Of a stretch of 64,000 nucleotides of DNA, positions 1 through 9,041 are shown piece after piece; positions within the stretch are counted from its first letter, which is position 1; every line of letters begins with the position of its first letter. The notes under the pieces were generated by a model. It saw nothing but the letters and a program-made list of their open reading frames with translations. It did not search any database and was not told the DNA's origin. The stretch is from a bacterium (GTDB lineage: Bacteria; Lindowbacteria; 2-12-FULL-62-27). The DNA lies in assembly GCA_016202645.1 (NCBI GenBank), contig JACQOF010000003.1, positions 27,375 to 91,374 on the forward strand, written 5' to 3'. Both the position numbers and the translations under genes were made by a program.

Positions 1-116
1 TTGATTCCATGATCAATATCCGGCCCTCCCAGAAAAATCGGAGCCGCGGCGTGGACGATCCGGAACGGCGGCGCCGGATCATCGAGATCGCGCGCGCTTT
101 GGTGGTGGGTTGATCC

Positions 117-446
117 ATGACGCCGATCCATGCGGAAATGGCCGCCGGCCGGTGGGAGACCCTGAGCCTGTTTGAACAGATGGGAAACATCGGCGGCGAA
201 GTCGGCCGGGTCCGGCGCTGGCAGGGTAGAGACCCCGGCCGGGCAAACGGCGCTGTGGACCGCGCTCTGGAATTGATGGACCTCACCCTGCGGGACCCCA
301 GATGGCGGCACAGACGAAAAGAGATTGCCCGGGTCCGCGAAATTTTCTGCGATGTCCTTTTCGGCTCCGGCTCCTACCGCACGACCCTCCCCGACCTCGA
401 ACGGTATTTCAACACCTACGCCCTGACCGCCAGATCCTCCCGTTAG
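117..446 (+). CDS. small hypothetical protein (109 aa), weak resemblance to all-alpha MazG-like NTP pyrophosphohydrolases
   Basis: Intact ORF starting at ATG 117. No strong motif was recognised. The assignment is only a loose impression from the GNIGGEVGRV segment. Confidence 0.35.
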   Translation: MTPIHAEMAAGRWETLSLFEQMGNIGGEVGRVRRWQGRDPGRANGAVDRALELMDLTLRDPRWRHRRKEIARVREIFCDVLFGSGSYRTTLPDLERYFNTYALTARSSR

Positions 447-520
447 TCCGAATGATCAACTGTTAATCTGTTAGCCTCCGTCCCCTTTTGGCCCCCTTTT
501 GGCCACAAAACTGGCGCGCC

Positions 521-1642
521 CTAGACCAGATGCGAAAGAAAATCAATCGCCGGGCAGACTCGAATGCGTTCCGGCGTGACGTAGTTCTTTTTTCCCGTCG
601 CGGAAATCTGCCACGCTTCAGTATTCGGGAAACGTGCCTTCAGGTAGTGCATCCCTTTGCCGATCGGCGCGTCGGACCACTTGCACTCGATAAGCTGCAA
701 CGGCGGCCGGCCGCGCTCGGTCACGACGAAATCGACCTCCCGGCCGTCCACGTCCCGGAAATAGGTTAACTCAACATCCCGGCCTTTCGCGTCCTGTTCA
801 AAATGAACCCACTTGAGGAGGTGCGACGCCACGAGATTTTCGAACCGGAACGATTCGTCCGGAATGAGAGACCAGTCGAAATGATAATGCTTCTGCTCCT
901 TTTTCACCGCGCGGATTTTTGCGGCGCCAAACGGCGGGAGGCGGAAGATCGCGTAGAGCCTCTCCAGCGCCCGCAGCCAGTTGGCAACCGTCTTGTGCGC
1001 GACCTGCAAATCCTCCCGCAGGCCGTTGATGGACAGCGGACTGCCCACGAGCTCCGGCAGGCGCAGGACCATGAGCTCAAGACGGCCGAGGTCCAGCATG
1101 CGCTCGATATCTGTCAGGTCCTCCCGAATGAGCCGCGTTCTGTACTCGCGCGACCAGCGCCGGGCTGCGGTCTCCGAACCGCTCAGAAACGGCTCGGGAA
1201 ATCCACCCAGAGTCAGGAGGCTCATGAAGTCTTTGGCTGTCTTGATTCCCAACTCGGCGACGGAAAAGGGATGCAAGCGCAGGTAGTGGTACCGGCCCTG
1301 GAGCGAATCTCCGCCGAAACGGTAATAATCCAGACGCGCGCTTCCCGTCACCAAAATCTTCTGCCGCTTGCCCAAATTGTCAAAGAGTCCCTTGAGATAA
1401 TTTCTCCACCCACGGTACTTGTGGACCTCGTCAAACACCCACACCGAACTGGACGGCAACTCACGCTTTAAAATCCGCTCGCGGTGCTCGGCCACGTCCC
1501 AATTCAGGTACCCGACCGGGCCCGCAAACACCCGCCGCGCCAGCGTGGTCTTGCCCACCTGCCTCGGCCCGCCCACGAACACCATCTTCCGCCTCAAATC
1601 CGCCCTGACCTGTCCCGCCAGATACCGCTCCACCGGTTTCAT
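521..1642 (-). CDS. AAA+ superfamily ATPase (COG1373 / DUF4143-type)
   Basis: 373 aa with the Walker A motif GGPRQVGKTT near the N-terminus and a Walker B-like VWVFDEVH. The overall length and layout are typical of the archaeal-type ATPase family carrying a C-terminal DUF4143. Confidence 0.8.
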   Translation of the reverse strand: MKPVERYLAGQVRADLRRKMVFVGGPRQVGKTTLARRVFAGPVGYLNWDVAEHRERILKRELPSSSVWVFDEVHKYRGWRNYLKGLFDNLGKRQKILVTGSARLDYYRFGGDSLQGRYHYLRLHPFSVAELGIKTAKDFMSLLTLGGFPEPFLSGSETAARRWSREYRTRLIREDLTDIERMLDLGRLELMVLRLPELVGSPLSINGLREDLQVAHKTVANWLRALERLYAIFRLPPFGAAKIRAVKKEQKHYHFDWSLIPDESFRFENLVASHLLKWVHFEQDAKGRDVELTYFRDVDGREVDFVVTERGRPPLQLIECKWSDAPIGKGMHYLKARFPNTEAWQISATGKKNYVTPERIRVCPAIDFLSHLV

Positions 1643-1742
1643 GGGGCAAGCATACTACTATTTTCCCCCGATGTCAAAATTACTCGCGAGTATTTTTGAT
1701 ATATATCAAAATTACTAGCATCGCACCGCCGGCCCGCCGAAC
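1643..1742. promoter_or_regulatory. AT-rich intergenic palindrome plus direct repeats between the cobN-like stop and the ATPase start
   Basis: The sequence contains the near-perfect palindrome TCAAAATTACTCGCGAGTATTTTTGA. The 11-mer TCAAAATTACT occurs twice as a direct repeat. AT content is well above the surrounding DNA. Confidence 0.3.
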
Positions 1743-4700
1743 TCAGGCGGCTTTGCGGCCTCGCCAAACGCCGTAGCCGGCGAGGCCGAGGATGCCCAGG
1801 ACCACGAAGGTCGCGCCCCAGGCGCGGCCGCTGGAGCCGAAGGAGGGTTTTTTCTGCGCGGATGTTTTGATTTCCTCCTCCATCTCGTACCCCGCCACCA
1901 CCTCGGAAACCCGGCGGGCGACTTTCCGGACCGGGCGTTCGGCGGCCCAGGCGGCGGCAATTTTTTTCGACTCCTGTTCCGCTTCCCGCTGAGTTTTTCC
2001 TCGCGCCTGCTCTTGGATCTGTTGGAATTTCTGGACGATTTCCGGCGCGGGCAGGCCCGGAACGGAAAGGAGGGTATTGACCATGGCGTCGAGGAGGGGG
2101 TTGTTGCAGGTGTGCTCGCAGCAGGCGACGCCTTTTTCGATAACGCTGGCGACATATTCGCGCGCCAGGGTTTGGGCGATTTCGTCCTCGTTGGCCGGGT
2201 TCCAATAGTCCTTTCGAATGGCCTCAAGCATCCGCGCAGTGAGGGACTGGTAGGCCCATGGATTTTTTTGCGAGAAGAATTCCTTCATGTCGAGACCATA
2301 TTTGTCCTTCACATAGACCTCATAGACTTCCCGCCATTTCGCCTCGTCCACGACGTCGCGTTTCACCACCTGCCAGCCCCATAGATTTTCGACAAAATCG
2401 CCCATCCGCGCCGCGCCTTCGTAGCCTTCCGCTTTCATGGCGTCGATCCATTTGGGATTCAGATATCTGGATTTCATTTCGATTCCCATGACCCGTTCGA
2501 TCGAATCCATGCGGGGCTTGGAGGGATCCATGAGGTTCATGACGCGCAGTTCCGGCGACGTCCCGTCCAGTTCCTGGACGGCGCGGGCCAATCCGCCCGC
2601 ATACATAAAAAAGTCATCGTTATCGAGCGTTCCGTAGACGTTGGTCGAGCGGCTGTGAACCACCTGTTTGGTGCCTTTAAGCGTCATGCGGTAAACCTCG
2701 CCCATCGGCTCGCCCCAGAAACCGTGCCCGTAGCCGTGGCTCATCCGGGCCAGATATTCCTCGGCCAGCGCCGAATCCGATTCCCAGGATGCGCTTGCGC
2801 GCGCCATCCGCGCCACGTTCAGGTCATATCGGCCGGGCGGCTCATCGAAAATCCGGACGCCCGCGAACCGCGCCGCCAGTTCCGGTTCAACGCCCCGCCG
2901 GATCAGCTCAGCGCGTGTTTCAAGATAGTGTTTCCGGACGAAATTGTCCGGCTCGTCCAAGTCCTGGACCATCTCAACCGCCTTGTCGATTTTCTTCTCC
3001 AAATCCGCGAACCACTCATGGGCCGACCCGGAGATCACGATATCGATTCTCGGCCGGCCGAGCTGTTCCCGCGGAATGAGTTCCACGCCCTCGACTTTGC
3101 CCCACTCGTTCCAGATCGGTTTCGTCCCGAGTAAATACAGGATCTGCGACTGGAGGACGCCCTCATGCCGGATCGTTTCGGTACCCCAGATGACAAACGC
3201 CAGCTTGTCGGGATACTGCCCGGCATGTTTTTCGCGGTACTCGGAAATCAGCTCGTCAGTGAGGCGCTGGCCGAGGACCCAGGCGGCCTGTTTGGGAATT
3301 TTGGCGGGGTTAAAAGCATAGAAATTTTTACCGGTTGGAAGAGACTCGGGATTCCGCACCGGATCGTTTCCGGTGCCGGTCGGGATGTATTTTCCGGACA
3401 GCGCGGCCAACACGCTGGATATTTCCCGTCGCGCTCCGACACGCATGTTTCCTTCGTGGGTCTTCCCCCGCGCGGTCCGTTCGGCCGCGTTCAAGAATTT
3501 TTCAACTTCCAAAATCGCCTCGACCGTGGACGCCATCAGCGTGTCCGTGGGGGCCTGGCCGAGGGTGTGGAGTCCCGTCGGCATGTTCGTCGCTTTTAAT
3601 TCGTTCAAATATTCCTCGACTTCATGTAGAACCTCGTGGTTGAATGCCGCGGAATCCGGGGCGCCGGGGCGCGTGTCCATCCGATCCTCAATTCCCGCGT
3701 CCTTGGCGATCCCGAGATGCCGGATCTTGTCGCCGACGGCGTTCAGATACTGCCGGGCCAGTTCCGGATTTTTCTGGATCGCGACATCGTGGTCCGATAT
3801 CAGTTCCGAGAGTTCCGCGTACTCTTTGTAGAGACCGCCCTTTTGAAGCGGCGGGATCATGTGGTCCACGACGACCGCCGCGCCCCGGCGCTTGGCGACA
3901 ATGCCTTCACCCACGTCATCCACGATGTAGGGGTAAACGATGGGCAAATCCTGCGACATGACCTCCGGGTCGTCGTCCTCCTGCAGGCCCACTTCGGCGC
4001 CAGGCAGCCATTCCTGCGTGCCATGCGTTCCCGTATGGACCAAGGCGTGCGCGCCGAAGACGTGCTTGATCCAGAGATAGGCGGCGGCGTACTGGTGCGG
4101 CGGCGCAAGCTCCTTGTCGTGAACCATCTTCTCCATGTTCTGTCCCCACCCGCGGAGCGGCTGGGGCAGGAGGACCATATTGCCGTATCGCGCGGCGGGA
4201 ATCACGAAACACGGTTCGCGGGTTTCGGGATGGGCCGCCACCATGACGTTTGTCTGTTCCGCGGGTCCCCATGAGGCCAGCACTCTTTTTTGAAACGTGT
4301 CGGGAAGCTGGACGAAATATTTCTGATATTCCGCCACCGGCCAAAGAACCGCATCACCCGACCGGATCATCGCCTCCAGTTCGCCGGGGGCCCACGTCCC
4401 GACGTTGCGGCCGTAGGACAGGGCATTTTTGAGCATCAAGTCGGCGCCGGGTTTGCGGTCGCCCACGACGTAGCCGGCGGCCTTCATGGCCGAGAGGAGA
4501 TTTTCAAGGCTCTCAAAAACGTTAAGATAACTAGCGCCGATTTTTTCCTTGCCGGGCGGATAATTCCAGTACATGAAAGCGATTTTCTTTTCGGCGTTCG
4601 GCGTCGTCCGGAGCCGGTACCAGGCGTCAAACCGGTCGAGAAGCCGCCAGACCCGTTCCTGAATCGGCGTCCGGATCCGGATGCGAAACCCCGTCTCCTC

Positions 4701-5774
4701 ATCGCGGCCTTCCACCTGAACGCCCACGACGGTCGGAACGATCAAGCCCGCGATTTCCGGGACCGCCACCTGCCAGGCAACTTCGAACGGCGAGAGGCCC
4801 TTCGGCCCGCCGGGTTTCGGGACAAAATGGGCGTTGATGGCGTCAAACACAGGGACGCCGAGTTTTTCGAGCGTTTTGCCGGCTTCGAAATTGGAAAATT
4901 TAAACAGGAAAGAAATCACGCCGGCCAAGGGAGGAAAATCTTTGGCGTTCACAAACAGGCGTTCCACCGCTTCGGCCTCCGGATATCCGAATCCGGTCAC
5001 GACGTTGTACCCGCGATTTTCGAGACCCGCGATCAGGGTGTCTTCAAGCTGCGTCTGTCCGTTGTAATAGAACGACCGAAACGCAAGCAGACCGGCCCAG
5101 GGCGCGCCCTCCCGGTAATATCCGTTCTTCCGGTACCAGACTGCGTAACTGTCGAACGTCTCGAACACTTCTCCGCCACTGGGATGAGGGTGGTAGTATC
5201 CGAATTCCAGCGGCGGCCGCGGCGGCTGAACCTTCAGATCGTGATACCCGAACTGCGTTTTCAGGATCATCCGGAGCATGTTCATGCGGTTGACATGGCC
5301 GTCGAACTGCCAGTACGTCCTGACCTGATCGTCGTACCAGAGGCCGATGGAGGCATATTCGTCGTCGAGCCCGGCCGTCTGGCCGACCGCGTAAATTTTT
5401 GCGCCGCGCCGTTTAGCCGCGCGAAGCGGCGCCGACGGAAATCCGTCCTGCACGTCCGTTGCGATGCGGATGGTGTGAACGTCAAAAAAAATCAGGTCGG
5501 CCCGATCAAACTCGTTCTCGTCGTAAATTTCCAAATCAATCAAATCGGCCTTGTTCATCATGGAAATCCGGACGCTGTCCCGGAGGTCGGGGTGAGCCTG
5601 GTAAAAGGCCCTAGTCATGGAGGCGATGTCCGTGGAAACATAATTCCCGGCGACAAACAGAACATTGACGTGCCGGCCATGGTGGCCTTCGTGCGCCTCG
5701 GACAGCTGGAAAGGCAATAAGAAATAGGCGATGGGCAATAGGACGGAGAGAACCTGCCGCCGGAGCGCAGTCAT
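1743..5774 (-). CDS. CobN/Mg-chelatase H-subunit family protein with N-terminal signal peptide and C-terminal TM anchor (HmuS-like periplasmic chelatase/dechelatase)
   Basis: 1343 aa with the CobN-like core motif VHTGTHGTQEWLPG and length matching the CobN/ChlH family. The N-terminus is hydrophobic (LLPIAYFLLPF) and the C-terminus ends in a hydrophobic helix (ATFVVLGILGLAGYGVW). The last gene of a TonB/ExbBD operon. Confidence 0.85.
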   Translation of the reverse strand: MTALRRQVLSVLLPIAYFLLPFQLSEAHEGHHGRHVNVLFVAGNYVSTDIASMTRAFYQAHPDLRDSVRISMMNKADLIDLEIYDENEFDRADLIFFDVHTIRIATDVQDGFPSAPLRAAKRRGAKIYAVGQTAGLDDEYASIGLWYDDQVRTYWQFDGHVNRMNMLRMILKTQFGYHDLKVQPPRPPLEFGYYHPHPSGGEVFETFDSYAVWYRKNGYYREGAPWAGLLAFRSFYYNGQTQLEDTLIAGLENRGYNVVTGFGYPEAEAVERLFVNAKDFPPLAGVISFLFKFSNFEAGKTLEKLGVPVFDAINAHFVPKPGGPKGLSPFEVAWQVAVPEIAGLIVPTVVGVQVEGRDEETGFRIRIRTPIQERVWRLLDRFDAWYRLRTTPNAEKKIAFMYWNYPPGKEKIGASYLNVFESLENLLSAMKAAGYVVGDRKPGADLMLKNALSYGRNVGTWAPGELEAMIRSGDAVLWPVAEYQKYFVQLPDTFQKRVLASWGPAEQTNVMVAAHPETREPCFVIPAARYGNMVLLPQPLRGWGQNMEKMVHDKELAPPHQYAAAYLWIKHVFGAHALVHTGTHGTQEWLPGAEVGLQEDDDPEVMSQDLPIVYPYIVDDVGEGIVAKRRGAAVVVDHMIPPLQKGGLYKEYAELSELISDHDVAIQKNPELARQYLNAVGDKIRHLGIAKDAGIEDRMDTRPGAPDSAAFNHEVLHEVEEYLNELKATNMPTGLHTLGQAPTDTLMASTVEAILEVEKFLNAAERTARGKTHEGNMRVGARREISSVLAALSGKYIPTGTGNDPVRNPESLPTGKNFYAFNPAKIPKQAAWVLGQRLTDELISEYREKHAGQYPDKLAFVIWGTETIRHEGVLQSQILYLLGTKPIWNEWGKVEGVELIPREQLGRPRIDIVISGSAHEWFADLEKKIDKAVEMVQDLDEPDNFVRKHYLETRAELIRRGVEPELAARFAGVRIFDEPPGRYDLNVARMARASASWESDSALAEEYLARMSHGYGHGFWGEPMGEVYRMTLKGTKQVVHSRSTNVYGTLDNDDFFMYAGGLARAVQELDGTSPELRVMNLMDPSKPRMDSIERVMGIEMKSRYLNPKWIDAMKAEGYEGAARMGDFVENLWGWQVVKRDVVDEAKWREVYEVYVKDKYGLDMKEFFSQKNPWAYQSLTARMLEAIRKDYWNPANEDEIAQTLAREYVASVIEKGVACCEHTCNNPLLDAMVNTLLSVPGLPAPEIVQKFQQIQEQARGKTQREAEQESKKIAAAWAAERPVRKVARRVSEVVAGYEMEEEIKTSAQKKPSFGSSGRAWGATFVVLGILGLAGYGVWRGRKAA

Positions 5775-6121
5775 TTTTGCCCCTCCGGAACATAAATCAC
5801 ACGGCCGTCCGCCAGTTTATAGGCGACACCAAGCCGGAGGCCCTGGCCCTGAAGAGACTTGTCGGTCACCTTCTGAATTTTGACTTCCTTGCCTTTCTTC
5901 ACGATCACCTCAAGATTCCCCCGGGCGTCCTGTTTGGTGATCGTGACTTCCGTCTCGGGCGACAGAAGATCCATCAGCCGGTAGGCTGACACGAGGGCAA
6001 ACATGAGTCCGACCGCGAGGACCGTGGCCACGTCAAACAGATTGGCGACCATATCAAGCGGATTGTCATCGGCAACGTCTTCGGCGCCCGCCACGCGCCT
6101 TCGACCCAGAAATTTCATCAT
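5771..6121 (-). CDS. ExbD/TolR-like small membrane protein (DUF2149-like)
   Basis: The proposed start MMKF overlaps the upstream gene stop by ATGA. It has a single TM helix (VATVLAVGLMFALVSAY) followed by a soluble domain. It sits next to a MotA/TolQ/ExbB gene, the gene order seen in CobN-MotA-DUF2149 clusters. Confidence 0.55.
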   Translation of the reverse strand: MMKFLGRRRVAGAEDVADDNPLDMVANLFDVATVLAVGLMFALVSAYRLMDLLSPETEVTITKQDARGNLEVIVKKGKEVKIQKVTDKSLQGQGLRLGVAYKLADGRVIYVPEGQK

Positions 6122-6723
6122 CGCCCGCCGGGTTTTCCCGCCGCAGCCAGTTCGGCGAACAATTCCATGGTCCGGCGGTCCTGCGACGTCCATCGGGCCT
6201 TGTACTGGGACAACACATAGGCGACGCCCGCGATGAAGAGTCCGACGACGGTCGTGGTAAACGCGATGATCAACGCATTGGCCATCTTGTCCATTTCGCC
6301 TTCCGCCAAGGCCGCCAATGCCTGGCCCATCGGAATGAGCGTGCCCATGAGCCCGAGCATGGGACTGATCCGGACCAGGCGCCGGTGCCGGGCCAGCTCC
6401 CAGTTCAGCGCCTCTTCGCGCTCCTGCAGACGGTAGGCAATCTGAATTTCCGCCGAAACGGATGCCGGGAGATTCTGGATTGATTGCAAAAACCGCCGGA
6501 CCGCGGGAGACAACGCGGAGAGATCCGCGCCAGTTGAGAGGAACGCGGCGGCCTCGGCCGGCTCGGGGATGTTGACCGAGCGGCGTTTTAATCCTTCCGC
6601 CAATATCTCACCCATCCGAAAAATGATCACGCCAAACAGGGCGATCAGAATCGCCATGACCGGATAGAGGAGGGCCTCGGAAATCACATACAGAGCGGAC
6701 TGCAAAAGGGCCATGAGGTTCAT
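6118..6723 (-). CDS. MotA/TolQ/ExbB proton-channel family protein
   Basis: 201 aa with three TM helices and the C-terminal LIIAFTTTVVGLFIAGVAYV helix typical of ExbB/TolQ. It is paired with an ExbD-like gene. Confidence 0.75.
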   Translation of the reverse strand: MNLMALLQSALYVISEALLYPVMAILIALFGVIIFRMGEILAEGLKRRSVNIPEPAEAAAFLSTGADLSALSPAVRRFLQSIQNLPASVSAEIQIAYRLQEREEALNWELARHRRLVRISPMLGLMGTLIPMGQALAALAEGEMDKMANALIIAFTTTVVGLFIAGVAYVLSQYKARWTSQDRRTMELFAELAAAGKPGGR

Positions 6724-6735
6724 GGAATGTCCGTG

Positions 6736-7455
6736 TCAGCCGGCCGAAGCCCGACGATGTTTCCGAAATCCGGCCCAAAGACCCAGTCCAAAGAGGGCGG
6801 CGGCCGGTGCCGCCACCCGGATCAGCTCCCAACCGCTGACGCGGGATCCGGAATTGAGCAGTTCGGACAGCGCATAAATCTCTGACGCTTTGGCATACGC
6901 CGGCGCCACGGCCAGCGAAAGCAGAAAGTAGGCGGAAACCAACAGACACACAAGTCCCAGCGAATCGGCGCCCAATCGAAGCCGCGAGCTGCCGAGATAG
7001 ACCAAGCCAGACAGAACAAAAAACACAATGCCCAGGAGGCCGGCCAGCCGCACGGGTGACAGCGCCGACACAAACGCGGCCATCATGACCGACAGCAGAA
7101 GTGAGGACACGCAGACGGGGCACGGGGTCACGACCAGCCACGCCGCTCCTTTTTTCAGGCCCCCTTCGGAAGACCGGGTCCTTAGAAGGCTCCATCCCCA
7201 GACGCCCATGCCCAGCGCCATTAATATATGGAGAGAGACGCCGTTTTGAAGCAGGGGATAAACCCAGGACTGGACATGCCGGGTCTCCATCGCGCGTCCG
7301 GCGACGGCGGCGGCCACAAACACCGCCAGATACAGACCCGCGAGAGCCGTCAATTCCTTCGGCCCAAATTTCCCGGCCGCCGCGCCAACCCCGGCCTTCA
7401 CGGCGAAAAATCCAACGCTAAGACTTACGCCGATCAGAAAAAGTGTTTCATTCAT
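6736..7455 (-). CDS. polytopic membrane protein (DUF2162-like predicted transporter)
   Basis: 239 aa with about six TM helices and a conserved-looking TPCPVCV motif. It occupies the HmuT-like position in the locus. Confidence 0.5.
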   Translation of the reverse strand: MNETLFLIGVSLSVGFFAVKAGVGAAAGKFGPKELTALAGLYLAVFVAAAVAGRAMETRHVQSWVYPLLQNGVSLHILMALGMGVWGWSLLRTRSSEGGLKKGAAWLVVTPCPVCVSSLLLSVMMAAFVSALSPVRLAGLLGIVFFVLSGLVYLGSSRLRLGADSLGLVCLLVSAYFLLSLAVAPAYAKASEIYALSELLNSGSRVSGWELIRVAAPAAALFGLGLWAGFRKHRRASAG

Positions 7456-7463
7456 TGGAATCC

Positions 7464-9041
7464 CTATCCTCTGGGAACCATGCGTTGCCTGCCGCCGACC
7501 CCGGAAGGTTCAGCCGCCTCAACGCCGTTCGTTTTTTTCCGCCTGAAATAGGGGAAATACAGCAACGTGCCGGCCACAACCGCCAAAAACGTCAAAATTC
7601 CGGAAATGATGATTCCAGGATTGCCGATGCGGCTCCGATTCACATACGAGAACACGTGAACTTCGTAGAACGAATAGAACAAACTATTGTGGATGTTGCG
7701 GCGCGCCAGAATCTGCCCGGTCACAGGTGAAATATAAATTCGGGTCCGCTTCCAGTTCGTAAAATTCACCCGGTAGACCGGCAATTCCCCGAAGTAATCA
7801 TAGCCCTTCTGATACTGCCCTGTGACCCACTCAACGTCCCGAACATCTCCCGGTCCGTCGAAATCCCGTTGCGCGATGACCCGCGCGTCGTCCTCCGTCA
7901 ATCGCTGTAACCTGCGGCCCGTCTCCGCGCTGAAGATGTACGGATCCGAATCACCCCGGATGCGAACCCTATACACGGGCCGAGCTTCCAGTCCGTGGCC
8001 GTGCAAAACAACGTCCTCAATTCGTGGTGCATCCAGCGCCGCCGCTGATTGCCGCAAAAGTTCCGGCACTTGCCAGGGCATGATGCGCACCGCCGCGGTC
8101 GAGAGGGGCGGCAAGGGCGTTCGTATCCGGTGGACGATTTCATCCGGAGGCGGATCGGACTTTAGCATGCGGCTTTCGGCCACGCCACCCATGTTGCGGT
8201 TGGTGATCAGCGTAAATGCGATGCCGCCGACGATCCAGATCAGGACCTGGGCGGCCACCGCCCAGCCAAGCCAGACATGCGTTTTTCTCCAGATTGAATT
8301 CGCCTCCGCGGATTTCGAAAGATACGAACGCCAGAGAAACATGCCGGCGAGGACGGACACCAGCGACAGGACACTGAAAAACAAAACGCCCGGGTTGAAT
8401 TGGAGTTCGGGATTGACCCAGGCGAAAATATGGAGGTTCCAAATCAGCGAGAAGGCGCTCATGTAGACGTTCCGCCGGGAGATGATTTTCCCGGTGTACG
8501 GCGAAATGTACAGGCGCGTCTTTTTTGGGTTTGAAAAATTGACCCGATACACGGGCAGGTCCAGTCCGTAATCGCGCCCCTTCTGATGCCGGCGATAAAT
8601 CCACTCGACGCTGGTCACACCGCCTTCATCCGTATAATCCAGCCGGGCGATTTCGGCCGCCTCGGTTTCAGAAAACCGGGAGATCACACGTTCGGACGCG
8701 GCGTCGATCAATGCGGGCGTGTCGCTTCGCGCAAAGCGGACCAGGTAGACCGAGCGGCCGCTTAGGGGATGATTGAAAAATTGGATGTCTCGAATTTCTC
8801 CGGAAACGCCGGAGTCCGTTCCCAGGATTGAAGGGACACGGGAGGGATCCAGCCGGGCCGACTCGAACGAAACCGGCGGCGATTCAAATCCGCGGCTTTC
8901 ATACTGGCCGTTCATCTCATCCCGCGGGAGGAGCGCGAATCCCACGCCGGTGACAATCCAGATGACCACCGGGATCAACACGACCAAGCCCAGCCAATAA
9001 TGGATCTTCCGCCAATTGGCTTTGAGCGGCACCGGACTCAA
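7464..9041 (-). CDS. PepSY-associated TM-helix protein with two internal repeats
   Basis: The N-terminal RKIHYWLGL motif is seen again as WRKTHVWLGW, so the protein contains two PepSY_TM modules. Each module carries a PepSY-like periplasmic insert ending in PVYRVNF. Confidence 0.7.
   Translation of the reverse strand: MSPVPLKANWRKIHYWLGLVVLIPVVIWIVTGVGFALLPRDEMNGQYESRGFESPPVSFESARLDPSRVPSILGTDSGVSGEIRDIQFFNHPLSGRSVYLVRFARSDTPALIDAASERVISRFSETEAAEIARLDYTDEGGVTSVEWIYRRHQKGRDYGLDLPVYRVNFSNPKKTRLYISPYTGKIISRRNVYMSAFSLIWNLHIFAWVNPELQFNPGVLFFSVLSLVSVLAGMFLWRSYLSKSAEANSIWRKTHVWLGWAVAAQVLIWIVGGIAFTLITNRNMGGVAESRMLKSDPPPDEIVHRIRTPLPPLSTAAVRIMPWQVPELLRQSAAALDAPRIEDVVLHGHGLEARPVYRVRIRGDSDPYIFSAETGRRLQRLTEDDARVIAQRDFDGPGDVRDVEWVTGQYQKGYDYFGELPVYRVNFTNWKRTRIYISPVTGQILARRNIHNSLFYSFYEVHVFSYVNRSRIGNPGIIISGILTFLAVVAGTLLYFPYFRRKKTNGVEAAEPSGVGGRQRMVPRG

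Noticed and set aside
1-114. Partial plus-strand ORF running off the 5' window edge (...MINIRPSQKNRSRGVDDPERRRRIIEIARALVVG)
   Set aside because: Too short and featureless to call. It could be the 3' end of an upstream gene, but there is no supporting evidence.
1461-2227. Several overlapping 60-190-aa ORFs (1461-1649, 1639-2205, 1715-2227, 1792-1992) around the cobN-like 3' end
   Set aside because: They overlap the well-supported CobN-like and ATPase genes in alternative frames and have highly biased Arg/Pro/Gly composition.
4290-5720. 476-aa plus-strand ORF antisense to the cobN-like gene. Similar long antisense ORFs: 59310-63026 opposite rpoC, 18186-19628 opposite the FG-GAP gene, 32348-33958 opposite the MMPL gene, 35950-37284 opposite the ComEA-like gene, 41915-42931 and 41165-41824 opposite the TPR lipoprotein, and 27020-28405 opposite deoB
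   Set aside because: These are shadow ORFs typical of high-GC DNA. They have Arg/Gly/Pro-rich, low-complexity translations with no motifs. Each lies opposite a gene with strong family signatures.
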